DNA of 64,000 bases from a virus (lineage: Duplodnaviria > Heunggongvirae > Uroviricota > Caudoviricetes): the IMG/VR virus record IMGVR_UViG_3300033076_001232, positions 78,435 through 142,434 of that record. One strand, given 5' to 3'. The position numbers and the translations under genes were made by a program. The notes below the pieces were generated by a model, which did not search any database, was not told the DNA's origin, and was given only the letters and a program-made list of their open reading frames with translations. This document shows, piece after piece, positions 29,726 through 38,875 of the stretch (within the stretch, counting starts at the first letter, position 1; every line of letters starts with the position of its first letter).

Positions 29726-30790
29726 ATGGACACTTTAAAAGTAGAATCATTAGTTAGGGAAGTACTGGTTAGACAATTTCCAGGAAATCCAGGAAAGCAG
29801 ATAGTTTATCGAGGAGGAAATCGATTAAACATCTCGTGTCCATATTGTGGGGATTCTAATGATTCGAGAAAGAAAAGAGGAAATTTCTATCTAGATACAT
29901 TAGCATATAAGTGCTATAATGGAGGATGTGGAATATTTAAGGATTCTATTAGTTTCTTTAAAGATTTTTCTGTTTATAACAAGCTATCAGGACAGGAAAG
30001 GACAGAAATAAAATCAATCCTGGACGAAAACAGAGGAAAAAGAAAGAGCATCTACGGAAAAATAGATATCTCATTATTTTTCCAGAACGATATTAATGAG
30101 ATCACGATCAGCAGATCTGATTTCATGGCAAAATTGGGTCTTCAGAACGTATTCGGCTCACCGATACAGAGATACATTCAGAGAAGACATCAGAAGATGG
30201 ATAACAGGTTCGCTTGGGATCCAAAAAGAGAGAAGCTATATCTCTTTAATCTTACCCCCGATGATAAGATATTGGGATTGCAGGTAAGAAATATGCAATC
30301 AGTTAAGGGAAGTTCTAAATATCTTACCTACAAGTTGAGTGGGATATACGAGAAACTTCTGAGGGTAACTGACGAGGATACTTTAAATAAAGCCAGAGAG
30401 GTAGATCCAATATCTCATGTGTTTAATATAGGAACTCTGGATTTCAGTTTTCCTATTACCGTTTTCGAAGGACCTATGGATTCTTGGTTTTGGAATAATT
30501 CGGTAGGATTATGCTCTATAGAAAACAAATTTCCATTTGAAGTAGATGGTATCAGATATTGGTATGACTGGGATAAAGCTGGCATAGAAAAAAGTATGGA
30601 TCTATTAAGTAAAGGCTTTATCGTTTTTAACTGGGGAAAATTCCTGGAAGAGAATGACATAACTAAAAACAGAAAATGGGATCTGAATGATCTGGTTATT
30701 CATCTCAGATCTACTGGGAAGAAAATAAAGAGACTGGATGGATATTTTACTGATGATGTATTAGATCTAAGATATTTTATCAATGAGTGA
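29726..30790 (+). CDS. T4 gp61-like DNA primase
   Basis: Zn-binding CPYCGDS...YKCYNGGC; TOPRIM VFEGPMDS and WYDWDKAG. Confidence 0.85.
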   Translation: MDTLKVESLVREVLVRQFPGNPGKQIVYRGGNRLNISCPYCGDSNDSRKKRGNFYLDTLAYKCYNGGCGIFKDSISFFKDFSVYNKLSGQERTEIKSILDENRGKRKSIYGKIDISLFFQNDINEITISRSDFMAKLGLQNVFGSPIQRYIQRRHQKMDNRFAWDPKREKLYLFNLTPDDKILGLQVRNMQSVKGSSKYLTYKLSGIYEKLLRVTDEDTLNKAREVDPISHVFNIGTLDFSFPITVFEGPMDSWFWNNSVGLCSIENKFPFEVDGIRYWYDWDKAGIEKSMDLLSKGFIVFNWGKFLEENDITKNRKWDLNDLVIHLRSTGKKIKRLDGYFTDDVLDLRYFINE

Positions 30791-31025
30791 GGAAGAAATA
30801 AATAGCAAAATAGAGGAATGGGAATCTGGATTAAGTGGAGCGCTTCAGCCTAAACTAAAGTACCCGATTAAAATAGTGGGATCAGATCTCTTAAAAGTAA
30901 ATACTGAATTTCTCGAACCGAACATAGATCCGCCCAAGGAAAAAATTAAAAAGCAATCACCTCATTCAGCAAAAGTGGTGGATATATCAAATAGGAAAAA
31001 AAATAATAAGAAAAAACTATTCTAA
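30783..31025 (+). CDS. Hypothetical protein
   Basis: 80 aa ORF overlapping both neighbours in the operon. Confidence 0.5.
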   Translation: MSEEEINSKIEEWESGLSGALQPKLKYPIKIVGSDLLKVNTEFLEPNIDPPKEKIKKQSPHSAKVVDISNRKKNNKKKLF

Positions 31026-31471
31026 TGTCAAATACAGATAAAACTGATTTTAATAAGATATTCGAGCAAGAAAGATCTGAGTGGAAAGAGAGAATACAAG
31101 TTCTAGCTATAGAGATGAAGGACATTAAAACTTTGGCCAAAGCACAAGTTGATCTTTTTAGTCAAAGACAGGTATTATTGGAGTACAGCTATAAGCTAGC
31201 TTCAATCGTTTCCAAGCTAAATTCGAAATATAGGACTGAAAAATCAAGAAAACTGAAGGATTATTCGGAAAGAAGTGATGTCAGATACGGAGCGAACGAG
31301 AAAACTGTTTTGATCGAGGGAGACATTAGTGAAATAACAGAAAAAATAGAACTAGTGGAGGGTCACAGAAAGTTTATGGATCAAACTGTACAAACTATTG
31401 ACCATATGCTTTATGGAATAAAATCGAGGATAGCTCTAGAAGAGTATCTGAGAGGATCCACAGTGAAATAA
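31025..31471 (+). CDS. uvsY: UvsY-like recombination mediator
   Basis: 148 aa all-helical protein ending QTIDHMLYGIKSRIALEEYLRG, directly upstream of uvsW as in T4-like phages. Confidence 0.7.
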   Translation: MSNTDKTDFNKIFEQERSEWKERIQVLAIEMKDIKTLAKAQVDLFSQRQVLLEYSYKLASIVSKLNSKYRTEKSRKLKDYSERSDVRYGANEKTVLIEGDISEITEKIELVEGHRKFMDQTVQTIDHMLYGIKSRIALEEYLRGSTVK

Positions 31472-31480
31472 GATAACGAT

Positions 31481-33019
31481 ATGCTAAAATTTCAAGTTTC
31501 GGAGGATCATCAGTGGATGATATTAGTGGAAGCGCTTGATGAGGTAGAGAAGAAACAAATAGACATTTCTCTAACACAGAAAATACACAACTTCTACTTC
31601 CATCCTCTGGTTAAGAAAAAAATATGGGACGGGAGCATCTGCTTTATAGAAAAAAAAGGAGGCTTATGGAAAGTTCCAATTGGACTCTGGAGAGAAGTTC
31701 TAGAGATAGGTGAAAAGTACCAGATAGAGATTACCATAAAAGGTCTAGAGGATATTATAATAAACAGCATCACTCTGGAGGACTTTACTGAGTGGGTTAA
31801 TAATTTTTTCAAGGACGGTGTAGGTGGAGATCCTAATAAAAAGCCAAGAGATTATCAGATAGAGACCGCATGGAAAATAATAAGATACAGATATTCGGTT
31901 TCTGAGGTTGCTACCTCATCAGGTAAAACTCTAATATCTTTTATGATTTTTGCTTATCTCAAATCAAAGGGATTAATCAGGAAGTTTTTGATGATTGTTC
32001 CTAACACCAATCTAGTATTCCAGGGAAGCGATGATTTTATTGATTATGGTCTAGAGAAGCTCGATGTTAGGATTCAGCAAATAGGAGGTGGTAGCAAAAT
32101 AAGAGAGGGATGTGATTTAATTATAGGAACATTCCAATCTTTAGTTAAGCAGGATTCTGATTTTTATGATGGTGTAGATGCTGTATTTGTTGACGAAGCA
32201 CACCACACTAACAGTATGTCTATTAAAAAAATAGTTGCCCATTGTATGCAATCTAAATGGAGATTTGGACTAACTGGAACCCTAACAAAAAAAGGCACAG
32301 CTGACTATTTAACAATCCAGCAATTTTTGGGACCTTTGGTTGTTGAGATTCCACCGAGCTATCTTTTTGATAACAATTATGCTACGCCGGTATCAATTCG
32401 TGTCATTATTATGGATTGGCTGGAACCTGAGTACAAGCACAAATTAGCAGAATTAAAGACAAACTCTAACAACATAGAGGGAAATGAAATCTACAATATA
32501 GAAAGAAAGCTAGTTGTAGAGAGTAAAAAAAGACTAAATTATGTTGTTGATTTTATTAGGAGAGGATCTAAAAATTCATTAGTTCTTTTTCAGTCAGTTA
32601 AAGATGAGTACGGGAAGCAAATATGGAATTTAATAAGGGAGAAAAGTAGCGATAAAGAGGTCTTTTATGTCGACGGAGACACCAGCGAAAATCTGAGGGA
32701 AGAATACAAAGCAAGAATGTCTTCGGGTGAAAATAAGGTCCTAGTTGCAACATACGGTACTTTTTCCACCGGTATTTCAATTAACAACATACATAATATC
32801 TTTCTGGTAGAATCGTATAAGAGTGAGATTCTCATAAAGCAAAGCTTAGGTAGGGGGATGAGAAAAATGGACGGCAAGGACAAAGTTAATGTCATTGATT
32901 TCGTTGATGATTTTTCCACCGGAAAGTACCAAAACTACCTACTTAAGCACAGCAAAGAAAGGATAGAGATTTATAAGAAAGAATTCTTTGAATATAAAAT
33001 ATACAATGTAAAACTCTAA
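31481..33019 (+). CDS. uvsW: UvsW-like SF2 helicase
   Basis: PRDYQ, ATSSGKT, VDEAHH, GLTGT and QSLGRGMR motifs. Confidence 0.9.
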   Translation: MLKFQVSEDHQWMILVEALDEVEKKQIDISLTQKIHNFYFHPLVKKKIWDGSICFIEKKGGLWKVPIGLWREVLEIGEKYQIEITIKGLEDIIINSITLEDFTEWVNNFFKDGVGGDPNKKPRDYQIETAWKIIRYRYSVSEVATSSGKTLISFMIFAYLKSKGLIRKFLMIVPNTNLVFQGSDDFIDYGLEKLDVRIQQIGGGSKIREGCDLIIGTFQSLVKQDSDFYDGVDAVFVDEAHHTNSMSIKKIVAHCMQSKWRFGLTGTLTKKGTADYLTIQQFLGPLVVEIPPSYLFDNNYATPVSIRVIIMDWLEPEYKHKLAELKTNSNNIEGNEIYNIERKLVVESKKRLNYVVDFIRRGSKNSLVLFQSVKDEYGKQIWNLIREKSSDKEVFYVDGDTSENLREEYKARMSSGENKVLVATYGTFSTGISINNIHNIFLVESYKSEILIKQSLGRGMRKMDGKDKVNVIDFVDDFSTGKYQNYLLKHSKERIEIYKKEFFEYKIYNVKL

Positions 33020-33030
33020 TTTAGTTTGGG

Positions 33031-33038
33031 GATATATA
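33031..33038 (+). promoter_or_regulatory. GATATATA putative late promoter
   Basis: Exact motif 18 nt before ATG 33057. Confidence 0.65.
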
Positions 33039-33056
33039 CATAAAAAGTTTTTTGTG

Positions 33057-33602
33057 ATGAGAATTAAAAAGTTTGACACTTTTGTATCGGAGAATTTAAA
33101 CGAGGATGTTTCCCAATATAAAGGAAAGACCACATTTAGTAAGTGGCTTAGAGCCATAGATGACCGGATTAAAACCGATGTGAATGACGCATCTTTCTAT
33201 TCACGATATTCTGATCCTAGGACCGATAAATACGTTTCTGCAAATAAAGCTGCGGCTCTAATTCCTGGAGCATTTAGGCTTATTGCTGGAGCAGGTGCAG
33301 CGGTGGCTGATTTCTTTTCCAAAGGTGACAATAAAGACACAGTTTCTAAATATTCTAAAGAGGATCTAGCATCTAAAAAAGACGAGATTGTGAAAAAATG
33401 GGAGGAAGAGAATATAAAATCCGATTCTACCGAGGCAGACGCTGAAAAGTTCTACAAATCAGGTGTACTAAAGGGTAAAAAGTTCTTTGGCCCTGAATAC
33501 GATCCAGTAAAACCTAAAAACAAAGAGGAAGAGATCTATACCGATTACATAAATGATGTAATGGAAAGGTACTATAAAAGAACATCGAAGCATGCCAGAT
33601 AA
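33057..33602 (+). CDS. Putative internal head protein with capsid-targeting-like leader
   Basis: Starts MRIKKFDTFVSENLNE; contains a hydrophobic helix AAALIPGAFRLIAGAGAAVADFF. ATG 33057 is preferred over GTG 33054. Confidence 0.6.
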   Translation: MRIKKFDTFVSENLNEDVSQYKGKTTFSKWLRAIDDRIKTDVNDASFYSRYSDPRTDKYVSANKAAALIPGAFRLIAGAGAAVADFFSKGDNKDTVSKYSKEDLASKKDEIVKKWEEENIKSDSTEADAEKFYKSGVLKGKKFFGPEYDPVKPKNKEEEIYTDYINDVMERYYKRTSKHAR

Positions 33603-34521
33603 TCTGATGAATTTTTCTATATTCTCCAAGCTTTTTGAAGGTGGTAATGCTATAAAAACAGCTAGAAGTATTAGAGAAGATGAGTTTCCTAAAACAATGG
33701 ATAGTATAAAATCAATACTTTTCCCAGTTCTTGGTATAGATCCCACAAAGGAAGGATCTGAATATTTGGTAATAGGAAGCATAGGAAAGAAAAAAAATCC
33801 GGATGATACTTCTGGTGATCTTGATATCGGATATGACAGCAGTTGGTTTGCAAGAAAACATGGGGTTACACCTAAAGAAACCTCTGCTGAAGTTTATAGA
33901 TTGATCTCAGAGTCTCTCCCTGAAAAATTGGGATTTAATCCCGAGGTCAACTACATGAAAGGACTAAATATTGTAAGTTTAGGTTGGCCAATTCAAGAGG
34001 ATCCAAATAAAGGTATAGTTCAGTTAGATTTAATCCCCGTTTCAAGTATGGAATGGGCCAAATTCATATACTATTCACCAAATTATAAGATATCCGAGAG
34101 CAAATATAAATCTGCACATAGAAACTGGCTTCTTGCTGCTATATTAGCATCAAGAAGACAAACATTAAAATCAGATCCAAGCGGACAAATAATGGACTAC
34201 GACTCCCCTGTTTTGATGCTTAGTGATGGTCTATTCTGGCACACAAAATCTTATGCTAGTAAAATTAAGGATAGACTTAAGAATCCCAAAAAAGTTGAGG
34301 GAAGCGAAAGATTTATTACTAGAGATCCCCAGGAGTTTATAGATTTTACATTAGGTCCGGGATATTCTCAGGATGAGGTAAAAACTTTCGAACAAGTTCT
34401 GAGCATTATTAATGATCCGGAATTCGAACTATACGATAACCTGGAAGAGATTAAGGATAGGTTTGTAGAATATCTAAAAAGAACAGGATTAGAAATACCA
34501 GCCGAAATAAATCAGATTTAA
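33592..34521 (+). CDS. Pol-beta-superfamily nucleotidyltransferase-like protein
   Basis: IGSIGKK...SGDLDIG (GS...DxD) and third Asp in VQLDL; leader LMNFSIFSKLFE. Confidence 0.7.
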   Translation: MPDNLMNFSIFSKLFEGGNAIKTARSIREDEFPKTMDSIKSILFPVLGIDPTKEGSEYLVIGSIGKKKNPDDTSGDLDIGYDSSWFARKHGVTPKETSAEVYRLISESLPEKLGFNPEVNYMKGLNIVSLGWPIQEDPNKGIVQLDLIPVSSMEWAKFIYYSPNYKISESKYKSAHRNWLLAAILASRRQTLKSDPSGQIMDYDSPVLMLSDGLFWHTKSYASKIKDRLKNPKKVEGSERFITRDPQEFIDFTLGPGYSQDEVKTFEQVLSIINDPEFELYDNLEEIKDRFVEYLKRTGLEIPAEINQI

Positions 34522-34523
34522 GG

Positions 34524-34531
34524 GATATAAA
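34524..34531 (+). promoter_or_regulatory. GATATAAA variant of late promoter motif
   Basis: One mismatch to GATATATA, 26 nt before ATG 34558. Confidence 0.35.
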
Positions 34532-34557
34532 ATATACATTATTAAAAGAAGATCGAT

Positions 34558-36558
34558 ATGTCAGGAATAAGTCATCTATACGACATTTATAACAAGAAAG
34601 GAAAGGACTTTGTAGAGAAGCTCTTTAGCTCCTATGTGACCGTTAATGAAAAAATGGACGGATCTGCATTTGTATTCGAGAGAGATCCGGAAACTGGCAA
34701 GTTTATCTTCTACAAGAGAGACCAGAGAAATCCAATAACTATGGTCGATCGAACTCTGATGAAATATTATGAGAAGCCTATAATTTATATTGAGTCTTTA
34801 CCAGCTCATGTTATTAAACAAATCCCGAGAGGATGGAAATTTGGTCTGGAATATTTCGCAAACAGTAACCCTGTTGAGATAGCTTATGATAGAGTACCTA
34901 AGAATAATTTAATACTTTCTTATATAAGGCCCAAAGGAGATTCCGAAATTGACCAGATTACAGATAAGGAAAAACTTGATTCGTGGGCTGATTTATTAGG
35001 GATAGAAAAACCGCCTATTATTTTTCAAGGGGTTTTATCCAAAGAACAAAAAGAACAAATATTAGATTTTCTTAGAACTCCGTTCAATGATTTAGTTAGC
35101 GAATATAAAACTAAGAGCTTTGTCAGATTTATTTTAGGTGTTCTTAATCCAGAGGTTCAATCGAGTGCACTTAATGATGATTTAGATAAGCCCATCGAGG
35201 GGATAGTATTTAGATTTAGCGCTGATCCGGAGAAAGAAGGTGAAATATTCACATCTAAAATGGTAGATCCAGTTTTCACTGAAATGGCTAAATCAAAAGC
35301 ATCAAGAAGATCTGAGCAAAAGCCTAGTGATTTTTTAGGCATAACCATTCTGGACGTCATGAATTTCATTTTAGATAAGGGTGTAGATACATTCAGAGTA
35401 AATGGTGACAGTGAAGATGAGAGATATATTTCTTTCATTTCAGATGTGTTCTCTAAATTCCTGAGTGAGTATGGATACAAATATAAGGGATCTGATTTTC
35501 AGGAGCCAGATTATTTGAAAAAGGACGAATTCAGATTAAATCGCGAAATGATCAAGGATCCACGAGTTTTAAAATGGATCGAAGAAGATGATTCGTACGA
35601 GTCTCTATTTAAGTTAATTCTTAATTCATTCAGAAAAATCAAAAAGAGAGCTGGAGGAATAATAACACCAGGAATAATTGACCAGTTCAATTTATTGGTT
35701 TCTGATATAGATCAATTAGTTAGAAAAAAGAAGACCGCTAAAGTTGTTGAATCTGAAATACCATCTTTCCTCGATTTTAAAAGAAAGAATGCTCCGGATA
35801 CTAATGTTGATTATTTAACATTGGAAGGAGAGGAAGCTGATGAAAATTTCGAGGACCATTTCTATTCGTATAATGATTTTATTACGGCTTTAGAAACCAT
35901 AGATTCACAGGATAAACCAAAGGTTGATACTAAGAAAATCGACGACGTTTCGGTAAAGGTAAATGACAAAAATAAGCCTGCACAACTACAGAAAGTAAAT
36001 CTAATAGTTGGTAGATTTCAGCCATTTCATAATGGTCATTTGAAAATGGTCGATACGCTAATGGATAAAAATGGTTTACCCACTATTATAGCTGTTGTTC
36101 ATCCGGGACATAATAAATCAGGAAACACTCCATTCACTCCAGAATTAGTGAATAAATATATGGAGGGATTAACTAGGGAATTTCCACAAAAGATTCAGGG
36201 ATACTTTATGGTTAATAGAGGACTTCTTGGACCTATTTGTAGTAGAGCGAAGGAACTTGGATATTCTCCGGTTTCAATAGGAAGTGGTGAGGATAGATCG
36301 GAAGACTATAGAAAGCAGTTTGATTTTCTGAAGAAAATGGGGGGTGATTTCCCTGAATCTATAGAATTGATCGAAACGACAAGAAAACACAGCGGATCGG
36401 ACATCAGAAATTATTTGGACGGCGAGGATTTTCTAGCATTTAAAAAATCTGTTCCTCCATCAATTTCTTCTTTCTATCAGCAATTAGTCTCTTCTAAAAA
36501 AGGAAGAGCTATAGCGGAAAGTCTTTCTGAAGGATTGGAAAATGACAAAAATAAATAA
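34558..36558 (+). CDS. Fusion of RNA-ligase-like (covalent NTase) domain and HxGH nucleotidyltransferase (NMNAT/cytidyltransferase-like) domain
   Basis: N-terminal EKMDGS (KxDG), GLEYF, PPIIFQG, IEGIVFR and KMV motifs; C-terminal VGRFQPFHNGH, GSGEDR and SGSDIR. Confidence 0.72.
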   Translation: MSGISHLYDIYNKKGKDFVEKLFSSYVTVNEKMDGSAFVFERDPETGKFIFYKRDQRNPITMVDRTLMKYYEKPIIYIESLPAHVIKQIPRGWKFGLEYFANSNPVEIAYDRVPKNNLILSYIRPKGDSEIDQITDKEKLDSWADLLGIEKPPIIFQGVLSKEQKEQILDFLRTPFNDLVSEYKTKSFVRFILGVLNPEVQSSALNDDLDKPIEGIVFRFSADPEKEGEIFTSKMVDPVFTEMAKSKASRRSEQKPSDFLGITILDVMNFILDKGVDTFRVNGDSEDERYISFISDVFSKFLSEYGYKYKGSDFQEPDYLKKDEFRLNREMIKDPRVLKWIEEDDSYESLFKLILNSFRKIKKRAGGIITPGIIDQFNLLVSDIDQLVRKKKTAKVVESEIPSFLDFKRKNAPDTNVDYLTLEGEEADENFEDHFYSYNDFITALETIDSQDKPKVDTKKIDDVSVKVNDKNKPAQLQKVNLIVGRFQPFHNGHLKMVDTLMDKNGLPTIIAVVHPGHNKSGNTPFTPELVNKYMEGLTREFPQKIQGYFMVNRGLLGPICSRAKELGYSPVSIGSGEDRSEDYRKQFDFLKKMGGDFPESIELIETTRKHSGSDIRNYLDGEDFLAFKKSVPPSISSFYQQLVSSKKGRAIAESLSEGLENDKNK

Positions 36559-36564
36559 ACAGTA

Positions 36565-37107
36565 ATGAATAGATTCATAACAAATTTTAATGATTTTAGA
36601 TTCTCGGTTAACGAGAGCGATGGGTTTGGAACATCCTCCTTCCTATTAAAGAAAGAATCTGACATTTATCACTATTTCTTTAATCTAGACAAAGAAAACG
36701 GTGAAACCAATGCCTATCACCTAATCATCGGTAAATATTCAGACAGAGAGGTGATCGAAGGACCTAAGAATTCTTATTGTGTGTTAACAATAAATGAGAT
36801 ATCACCCGAAATCGTTGAAGATATAGCTGTTGATAAAGAGGATATTCCTAGAATGAATTCTGAAAAATTCAAAATGGGATCCGACGAGTTATCCAGACTG
36901 ATGAAATATGTTTATAAATGTGTAAACGATTATCTCCAGATCAACCCGAAGGTAATAAGAATCTATGACGAACTTCAAGATAATCTAGTCTATGATGGAA
37001 AGGGAAGCTACCTAGAGTATACGAAATCCATATCCATATCTGAACTTGGATCAAATTGGGCTGTACAGGAGGGATCATCAAAAATGACAGTAATTATCAG
37101 TAGATAA
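36565..37107 (+). CDS. Putative internal head protein with capsid-targeting-like leader
   Basis: Starts MNRFITNFNDFRFSVNES; remainder unrecognised. Confidence 0.55.
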   Translation: MNRFITNFNDFRFSVNESDGFGTSSFLLKKESDIYHYFFNLDKENGETNAYHLIIGKYSDREVIEGPKNSYCVLTINEISPEIVEDIAVDKEDIPRMNSEKFKMGSDELSRLMKYVYKCVNDYLQINPKVIRIYDELQDNLVYDGKGSYLEYTKSISISELGSNWAVQEGSSKMTVIISR

Positions 37108-37159
37108 GAAACTTTTCAAGCCTAATCGGTATAATATTAAACTTAAAAAATAAAAAAAA

Positions 37160-37336
37160 ATGGAAAAATTCGAACAGATCAAAGCTCTTATCGAGCAGAC
37201 ACAGGGAGACGTTGAAAAATTTGCAGCTAAAGGTAATGCAACTGCAGGAACACGCGTAAGAAAAGCTATGCAGGAATTGAAAAACCTAGCACAAGAATTA
37301 CGTGTTGAAATCCAAGAGGCAAAAAACAAAGCTTAA
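37160..37336 (+). CDS. Histone H1-like small basic protein (Bacteroidota type); absent from the ORF track
   Basis: 58 aa, MEKFEQIKALIEQTQGDVEKFAAKGNATAGTRVRKAMQELKNLAQELRVEIQEAKNKA. GNxxAGTRxRKA is the signature. Confidence 0.8.
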   Translation: MEKFEQIKALIEQTQGDVEKFAAKGNATAGTRVRKAMQELKNLAQELRVEIQEAKNKA

Positions 37337-37354
37337 TCTTTTAAATTTTATCAA

Positions 37355-37591
37355 ATGAGTTATTGGGTAGTTAAAACCAAATTCGAATCTGGAGAGGTAA
37401 AAAAGAATGGCGATCCAGTTTATAAAAAAGCAGAATTCTTAGTAGCTGGTGACTCTGTCATCGAGGTAGAAAAGAAAGTTGCTGAGTATATGGACGGCAC
37501 CATAGGAGGCTACGAGTCTTTCCAGGTTACAAAAACCAAAATCGAAGCCGTTATATACGACAAAGACAAATATGAAGAACAACTCCTCTAA
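37355..37591 (+). CDS. DUF4494-like protein
   Basis: YWVVKTKF...EFLVAGDSVIEVEKKVAEYM resembles the Bacteroidota DUF4494 pattern (W..KV+Y...YLVDA.S.TEAE). Confidence 0.55.
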   Translation: MSYWVVKTKFESGEVKKNGDPVYKKAEFLVAGDSVIEVEKKVAEYMDGTIGGYESFQVTKTKIEAVIYDKDKYEEQLL

Positions 37592-37820
37592 TTCCACTGA
37601 AACCAGATTTTATGCTCCGCCACAATCGCCTATAGCAATCCAACCCGGTGATACAGGATTTAAAACTGTAGGGAAAGGATATAATCGATTTATATGGACA
37701 TTTGCAGACTGGCAGAAAGGGAAGAAGAAGATTATAGATCCGGATAAAAACTGGGATCTAGATTCAAAACCTATTACCCAGAAGGAATGGGATAAAAAAC
37801 AAAAAGGCTTATATCTATAA
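37572..37820 (+). CDS. Hypothetical protein
   Basis: 82 aa ORF whose stop lies inside the downstream hairpin. Confidence 0.5.
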   Translation: MKNNSSNSTETRFYAPPQSPIAIQPGDTGFKTVGKGYNRFIWTFADWQKGKKKIIDPDKNWDLDSKPITQKEWDKKQKGLYL

Positions 37821-37828
37821 GCCTTTTT
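37801..37828. terminator. Hairpin terminator (potentially bidirectional)
   Basis: Perfect 13-bp inverted repeat AAAAAGGCTTATA / TATAAGCCTTTTT. Confidence 0.7.
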
Positions 37829-37832
37829 TGTT

Positions 37833-37853
37833 GATATATAGATCGTATAAATA
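37833..37853 (+). promoter_or_regulatory. GATATATA plus T4-type TATAAATA late promoter motifs
   Basis: GATATATA 37833-37840 and TATAAATA 37846-37853, just after a terminator and before ATG 37865. Confidence 0.65.
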
Positions 37854-37864
37854 AAATTTTAATC

Positions 37865-38479
37865 ATGAAGAAATTATTAATAGTTATTTTTTCTGCAGTA
37901 ATCCTATTTGGATGTGCTCATCATAGAGAACAAGTACTGCAGATACACCAAGGACCATATGCCTTCTGTGGAGCTTCAGGAGCAGTACCCACCGGAAGGA
38001 CCATTATTGTAGAGGGAAGAGAGTTTAAAGAGGGTTGTGCTATATGTCCAGTAATGGATGGACCTTCAATTAACAATCTAGCTATTACAGGTGGAAGTCC
38101 ACAATCACCGGATGGAACAGATAGCACCGTATGGTCTTTATTTTGGTATTTCGATCCAGCTACTGATACTGTTCCTCAGTTCAATCCAGCAACACAAGCA
38201 TGGGAATGGATGACGCCAGTAAATAGAGCATTCACAGTAAATACAGATTCTGCAAGTACTAGTATGAGTAACATGTTCTGTATGCCTTGCAAAATTTGGA
38301 AAGTTGAGAATGGAATAACCCTAGCTAAATGTTACGGTCCTCTGAATGAGGCTGCAGTTCCTCTCCGTGTTGCAATACCAGTTAAATCTGGAATGAAATC
38401 AATAACGCAAGCTAAGGATGGAGTTCCATATCCGGTCGGAACACCTATTCCAGTTACTGATATGATAAAAAACAATTAA
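37865..38479 (+). CDS. Cys-rich lipoprotein
   Basis: Signal peptide II MKKLLIVIFSAVILFG-C; six further Cys including CAIC and CMPC. Confidence 0.7.
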   Translation: MKKLLIVIFSAVILFGCAHHREQVLQIHQGPYAFCGASGAVPTGRTIIVEGREFKEGCAICPVMDGPSINNLAITGGSPQSPDGTDSTVWSLFWYFDPATDTVPQFNPATQAWEWMTPVNRAFTVNTDSASTSMSNMFCMPCKIWKVENGITLAKCYGPLNEAAVPLRVAIPVKSGMKSITQAKDGVPYPVGTPIPVTDMIKNN

Positions 38480-38483
38480 AGAT

Positions 38484-38873
38484 ATGCCAGCAAGAAGTAC
38501 AGCACAGCAGAGATTAATGGGACAAGCCTATGCAATTAAGATAGGAGCTATGGAACCGGATGATCTTAATCCGAAATACAGATCAGAGATATTAAATCTT
38601 TCTAAAAGAATGACTAAGGAAGAGTTAAAGAAATATGCTGAAACCCGATATAAGGGACTACCTCATTATGTGGACGAGGCTGAGTCTGCTGGAACTGGTG
38701 AAATCGGGGTTTCATTAGAACCCATACCTTCAGATGTTATGCCTAAGTTTAATCCTCATGGCCCTGGAAAAATTGTACCTTTCCTAGATCCAGATTCTAA
38801 GCAAAAGAAGAAGGGTAAAGGTAATTTACAAAATCTTAAAGATTATAGAGATTGGATTAAGGAAGGAAAATAA
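38484..38873 (+). CDS. DUF3008-like protein
   Basis: MPARSTAQQRLMGQA...EELKKYAET..KGLP pattern. Confidence 0.5.
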   Translation: MPARSTAQQRLMGQAYAIKIGAMEPDDLNPKYRSEILNLSKRMTKEELKKYAETRYKGLPHYVDEAESAGTGEIGVSLEPIPSDVMPKFNPHGPGKIVPFLDPDSKQKKKGKGNLQNLKDYRDWIKEGK

Positions 38874-38875
38874 TA

